Assembly (NCBI GenBank): GCA_019429005.1
Contig: JAHYJR010000003.1
Span: forward strand, 64,001-128,000
From: Nanobdellati archaeon
GTDB taxonomy: Archaea > EX4484-52 > GLR71
Direction of reading: 5' to 3'
DNA: 64,000 bases
Each line of letters opens with the position of its first letter. Position 1 is the first letter of the stretch. Positions 60,534 to 64,000 of the stretch are shown one piece after another. A program made the position numbers and the translations under genes. A model generated the notes under the pieces. That model was given only the letters and a program-made list of their open reading frames with translations, did no database searches and was not told where the DNA came from.

Positions 60534-61673
60534 TTAACTTAACCACACAATCTTCCCATTATCCATAGTATCTGCAGATTCAATTATCTTTTCAATGTCA
60601 TCAGTTTTCACATCAACACCGCCAATACCACAAACAACACCAATTATTTTCGGTTTTTTATCCAATGAATAAAGAGCACTTCTAATCTCTTCAAAAAGAG
60701 ATCCACCAGAAGTTCCAAGAGATATATCTTTTTCAAAAATTATTACAGTTTCTTTATCTTTAAGTGCATCTATAATGTCACATTTAGGAAACGGTCTAAA
60801 TGACACAATCCTAAGAAGCCCGCAATCATCCCGTTTGTTAACAACATAACGCAAATTTCCTGCAAGAGAACCCATTGTAATTATAGATATTTTCCTATCA
60901 TTTTTATAAGTATCAATAAGACCATTACCAGATGACCTCTTGAACTTTTTTGAAAACTCCTCATTCACTTCACGTATAACAATATTAGATTTATCAATCG
61001 TTTTACTAAGCTCATGACGAAGTGTATTATATGGCTTAGGATATGCAAATGTCCCTTGAGACATTGGCCTTTTAGAATCTAAATAAGCATGCGTAGGTTT
61101 ATATTTTGGAATAAAATTACCGATACTTTTAGGGATATCAACAGGTTCCATTGTATGTGATAAGAAAAATCCATCCATACATACCATAATCGGTAACAAA
61201 ACACGTTTGTCTTCAGCAATCCTAAACGCTTTAATTGTAAGATCAACAGCTTCCTGATTAGTCTCAGCATAAAGCTGTATCCAACCAGTATCTCTTTCAG
61301 ATACAGAATCTTGATAATCATTCCAAATATTAATAGGTGCAGATAACGCACGGTTTACAACATTCATAACAATAGGAAGTCTCATACCAGCTGCAGCAAA
61401 TAAAACCTCATGCATAAGAGCTAAACCTTGAGATGATGTTGCAGTATAAGATCTTGATCCTGCCGCACTTGAACCAATAACAGCAGAAAGTGCAGAAAAC
61501 TCCGATTCAACCTCAATATGCTGACACTTCAATTTGCCATCTGCGATAAGTGTTGCAATCTCTTGAGCAATATGTGTCTGCGGTGTTATAGGATAAAATG
61601 CAATTACATCAGGATTGCACAACCTAACAGATTCGGCAACAGCCATACTTCCTTCAAGAACATTAAGTGTCAT
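60534..61673 (-). CDS. porA: Pyruvate:ferredoxin oxidoreductase alpha subunit
   Basis: YPITPQT, VESE, TATSSQGL, NRALSAP, FRPFP. Confidence 0.95.
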   Translation of the reverse strand: MTLNVLEGSMAVAESVRLCNPDVIAFYPITPQTHIAQEIATLIADGKLKCQHIEVESEFSALSAVIGSSAAGSRSYTATSSQGLALMHEVLFAAAGMRLPIVMNVVNRALSAPINIWNDYQDSVSERDTGWIQLYAETNQEAVDLTIKAFRIAEDKRVLLPIMVCMDGFFLSHTMEPVDIPKSIGNFIPKYKPTHAYLDSKRPMSQGTFAYPKPYNTLRHELSKTIDKSNIVIREVNEEFSKKFKRSSGNGLIDTYKNDRKISIITMGSLAGNLRYVVNKRDDCGLLRIVSFRPFPKCDIIDALKDKETVIIFEKDISLGTSGGSLFEEIRSALYSLDKKPKIIGVVCGIGGVDVKTDDIEKIIESADTMDNGKIVWLS

Positions 61674-61942
61674 TTGTCTTCCCTCTTACTTGTTATAGAC
61701 TTAAAAGGACACACATTTTCACAAATAAGGCATCCTTTACAATAATCATAATCAATAATACATTTTTTATTTTCAATAACAATACAACCATCTGGACAAA
61801 ACTGCTTACAAATACCACAACCAGTACATATATCCATGTTGACAGTGGGTATCTCAGTTCGCCATGAACCTGTTTTTTTCATTTTAGTGTTTCCAACATC
61901 TGTTACAATACCAGCAATATTAACTTTTTCATCTTCTGCCAT
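61670..61942 (-). CDS. porD: Pyruvate:ferredoxin oxidoreductase delta subunit
   Basis: KTGSWR and two CxxCxxCxxxCP motifs. AGGTGA SD. Confidence 0.95.
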   Translation of the reverse strand: MAEDEKVNIAGIVTDVGNTKMKKTGSWRTEIPTVNMDICTGCGICKQFCPDGCIVIENKKCIIDYDYCKGCLICENVCPFKSITSKREDK

Positions 61943-61946
61943 GACA

Positions 61947-62474
61947 TCACCTACACTCCTTATATGCACGCTTCACAGCTTCAACATTTTTATCAGCAAT
62001 ATCGCCTTTAAAATGTTCTTTAATAGCAGCGATAAGAGACTTAAATGTAACTTGACCTGTTGCTTTCACAAAAGCACCCAATATCGGTGTATTTACAAGA
62101 TTTTTTCCAAAAATATCAAAAGCAATCTTTGTCGCATCAACCCTAAAGACTTTAGCATCAGACTTAAAATCAACTGAAACGTCTGAATTAACAATAATAA
62201 CACCACCTTCTTTAAGTCCTGCTAGAACATCAACTACACCTATAAGTGTTTTATCTAAAATCATAACATAATCAGGAGTATATACTTGTTGACGTACAAG
62301 AATAAATGAATCATCAATTCGACAATACGCTTCAACGGGACTACCACGTCTATCTACACCAAAAAACGGAAAAGCTTGACAAGATTTACCATCTTTAAAT
62401 GCAGCACTTGCAAGAAGTTTTGCTGATGTAACGGCACCCATTCCACCCCTTCCATGAATACGTATTTCTTTAAT
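61947..62474 (-). CDS. porG: Pyruvate:ferredoxin oxidoreductase gamma subunit; apparent ATT start
   Basis: The conserved KEIRIHGRGGMG lies upstream of the ORF-track ATG. Also AFPFFG.DRRG and NT..LGA. Confidence 0.92.
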   Translation of the reverse strand: MKEIRIHGRGGMGAVTSAKLLASAAFKDGKSCQAFPFFGVDRRGSPVEAYCRIDDSFILVRQQVYTPDYVMILDKTLIGVVDVLAGLKEGGVIIVNSDVSVDFKSDAKVFRVDATKIAFDIFGKNLVNTPILGAFVKATGQVTFKSLIAAIKEHFKGDIADKNVEAVKRAYKECR

Positions 62475-62610
62475 TATTATGCACCTTTAACTAATTGAAT
62501 ATTTTAAGTAAAACATAATTATACGCCATCCCTATTTATTAGTTACGGTCAAATCGAAATTAAAACAAAAAGCAGAATAATAACTCAATATAATAAATCA
62601 ATATATTAAC

Positions 62611-63414
62611 TCAATAAAATAATTGTACAAATTTTAACATAACATCAAAACCAAAAAAGGACAAAAGTATAATCATAGCTAAAACCTCTAAATAAGACCA
62701 TTTCTTTGTACCTTTAATTAAATCAGTTACAGTAAGGCATATCCACAGCAAAAAGACATAACCGCTCATAAGCGAAAAAAGTGAAAAACTAGAATGTGAC
62801 CAAGCACCTAAAATCTCACCTGCAATTTCATCAAAAACTGTAAAAAGTCCGACAAAAAATGCAAGACGCATCATATTCGCAGTTTTAAATATCAAAAATG
62901 CAAACGCAAACTCAAATAATATCAAAAAAGGTTTCAAAGCCAAATCCAAAAAGAAATAATCAATTATAAACATAGCAAAAATAAAAAATAAAATGAAATA
63001 ATTTACATATGAAAACCATTTATGTTCCGAATATTTTTGTTCAAAAACTTTCCACAAATTATAAGATGCCCAAAATATAGCACCATAACCAGGAATAACC
63101 CAAAGAGGAACACCGCCTATAACACCATTAAGATATGTAAAATAGCCAATCTTAACACCAATCAATTCATGCACAAAACCTATAACAGATGCAAGAACTA
63201 AAAAGACTTTACCACGAAGATCACTTTCTTTCCAGAAAAACAACCAAAGAATAAAAAGCACAAAAGCTGATGTGAACTCATCACCAGTCTGTGTATAAAA
63301 TATCAAAGTGCCAACTATTGATATGACCATGAACAAGAAAAAATCCCACGCATTATTAAGTAAAATCTTTTTATCCTTATCAAAAGCCGCTTTTAATGAC
63401 TGGAAATTGAACAT
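62611..63414 (-). CDS. Hypothetical polytopic membrane protein with two-fold internal repeat
   Basis: Two E..G...G.(F/W) motifs, plus VPLW..PGY. Confidence 0.75.
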   Translation of the reverse strand: MFNFQSLKAAFDKDKKILLNNAWDFFLFMVISIVGTLIFYTQTGDEFTSAFVLFILWLFFWKESDLRGKVFLVLASVIGFVHELIGVKIGYFTYLNGVIGGVPLWVIPGYGAIFWASYNLWKVFEQKYSEHKWFSYVNYFILFFIFAMFIIDYFFLDLALKPFLILFEFAFAFLIFKTANMMRLAFFVGLFTVFDEIAGEILGAWSHSSFSLFSLMSGYVFLLWICLTVTDLIKGTKKWSYLEVLAMIILLSFFGFDVMLKFVQLFY

Positions 63415-63559
63415 AAGTATATAATCGCAAGTAAGATTTATAAACTTTGAATAAACTAGTGAAAATCAAAAAACAGATAAAAATTGACTATTATTTGAGT
63501 ATAACAAATGACAAAAACGTTAATAAAAAACAAAAACGAATATCTTATTAGTGATAAAT

Positions 63560-63766
63560 ATGCCAACCTATTCAACTCAACCAAATAAAGAAGAATATTG
63601 TGGATTATCTATTAAAACAAATGAAGCAGGTAAAGAATTTAACATATACGGTGGTGGCATTGTAGGTGATATAAATTTTAATATAGCTGAAAAAATAAAA
63701 CCAACTAATATAAATGATAAAATTCAAGAAACTAAAGACATAATTCATAAGATTTTAACAAAATAA
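63560..63766 (+). CDS. Small hypothetical protein
   Basis: AGTGAT SD followed by an ORF. Confidence 0.45.
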   Translation: MPTYSTQPNKEEYCGLSIKTNEAGKEFNIYGGGIVGDINFNIAEKIKPTNINDKIQETKDIIHKILTK

Positions 63767-64000
63767 AAATCTAACCAATTTAAACCCCACACAATTTTAT
63801 AACAAATACAAAAAGTTCTATTAAAATAAAAAAGCTAATTATCAAAATAACAAATCTTACATTAATAATAAAAACAAACAATTAATAAAATCCGAAAACT
63901 AATATTTATTAGTGATAATATGACAAAACTTATAACGCCTTCAGATAATAATCCAAATGGTAGGATTCAAACTAAATTAGATTAATATGGACGTGGATAT

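Noticed and set aside
63920-64000. Gene at the right edge
   Set aside because: An SD and ATG are present but the frame stops after 21 codons. It cannot be interpreted without downstream sequence.

Overview
A very AT-rich archaeal chromosome segment. Gene content points to a DPANN lineage (an inference): PAN, Kae1, aMBF1, Orc1/Cdc6, PINA, Trm56, Taw1, RNase Z, Trm11, a porGDAB operon, an S-layer gene and a form II/III RuBisCO. The + strand is strongly A/C-rich across the window. Core genes lie mostly on the - strand. A largely + strand accessory zone (about 18-36 kb), plus smaller patches, holds transporters, an arsR-thioredoxin-arsP unit, four nucleotide hydrolases and many pseudogenes. Features missed by the ORF track: the S-layer N-terminus, tRNA-Arg(CCT), a canonical C/D-box sRNA whose D guide predicts 2'-O-methylation of 16S C1402, a four-micro-ORF transcription unit, and several pseudogenes. 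The most unusual observations are: (1) a spacer-free mosaic of RMD1, inverted rpl14 and thrC fragments; (2) the micro-ORF operon; (3) a type IV pilin-signal protein with four PLD-like repeats; (4) a full-length but catalytically eroded HisRS paralog next to PINA; (5) an apparent ATT start for porG; (6) tandem repeats that amplify promoter elements. No CRISPR array, rRNA, integrase or transposase was recognised. All family calls come from motif recognition by eye, not from database searches.
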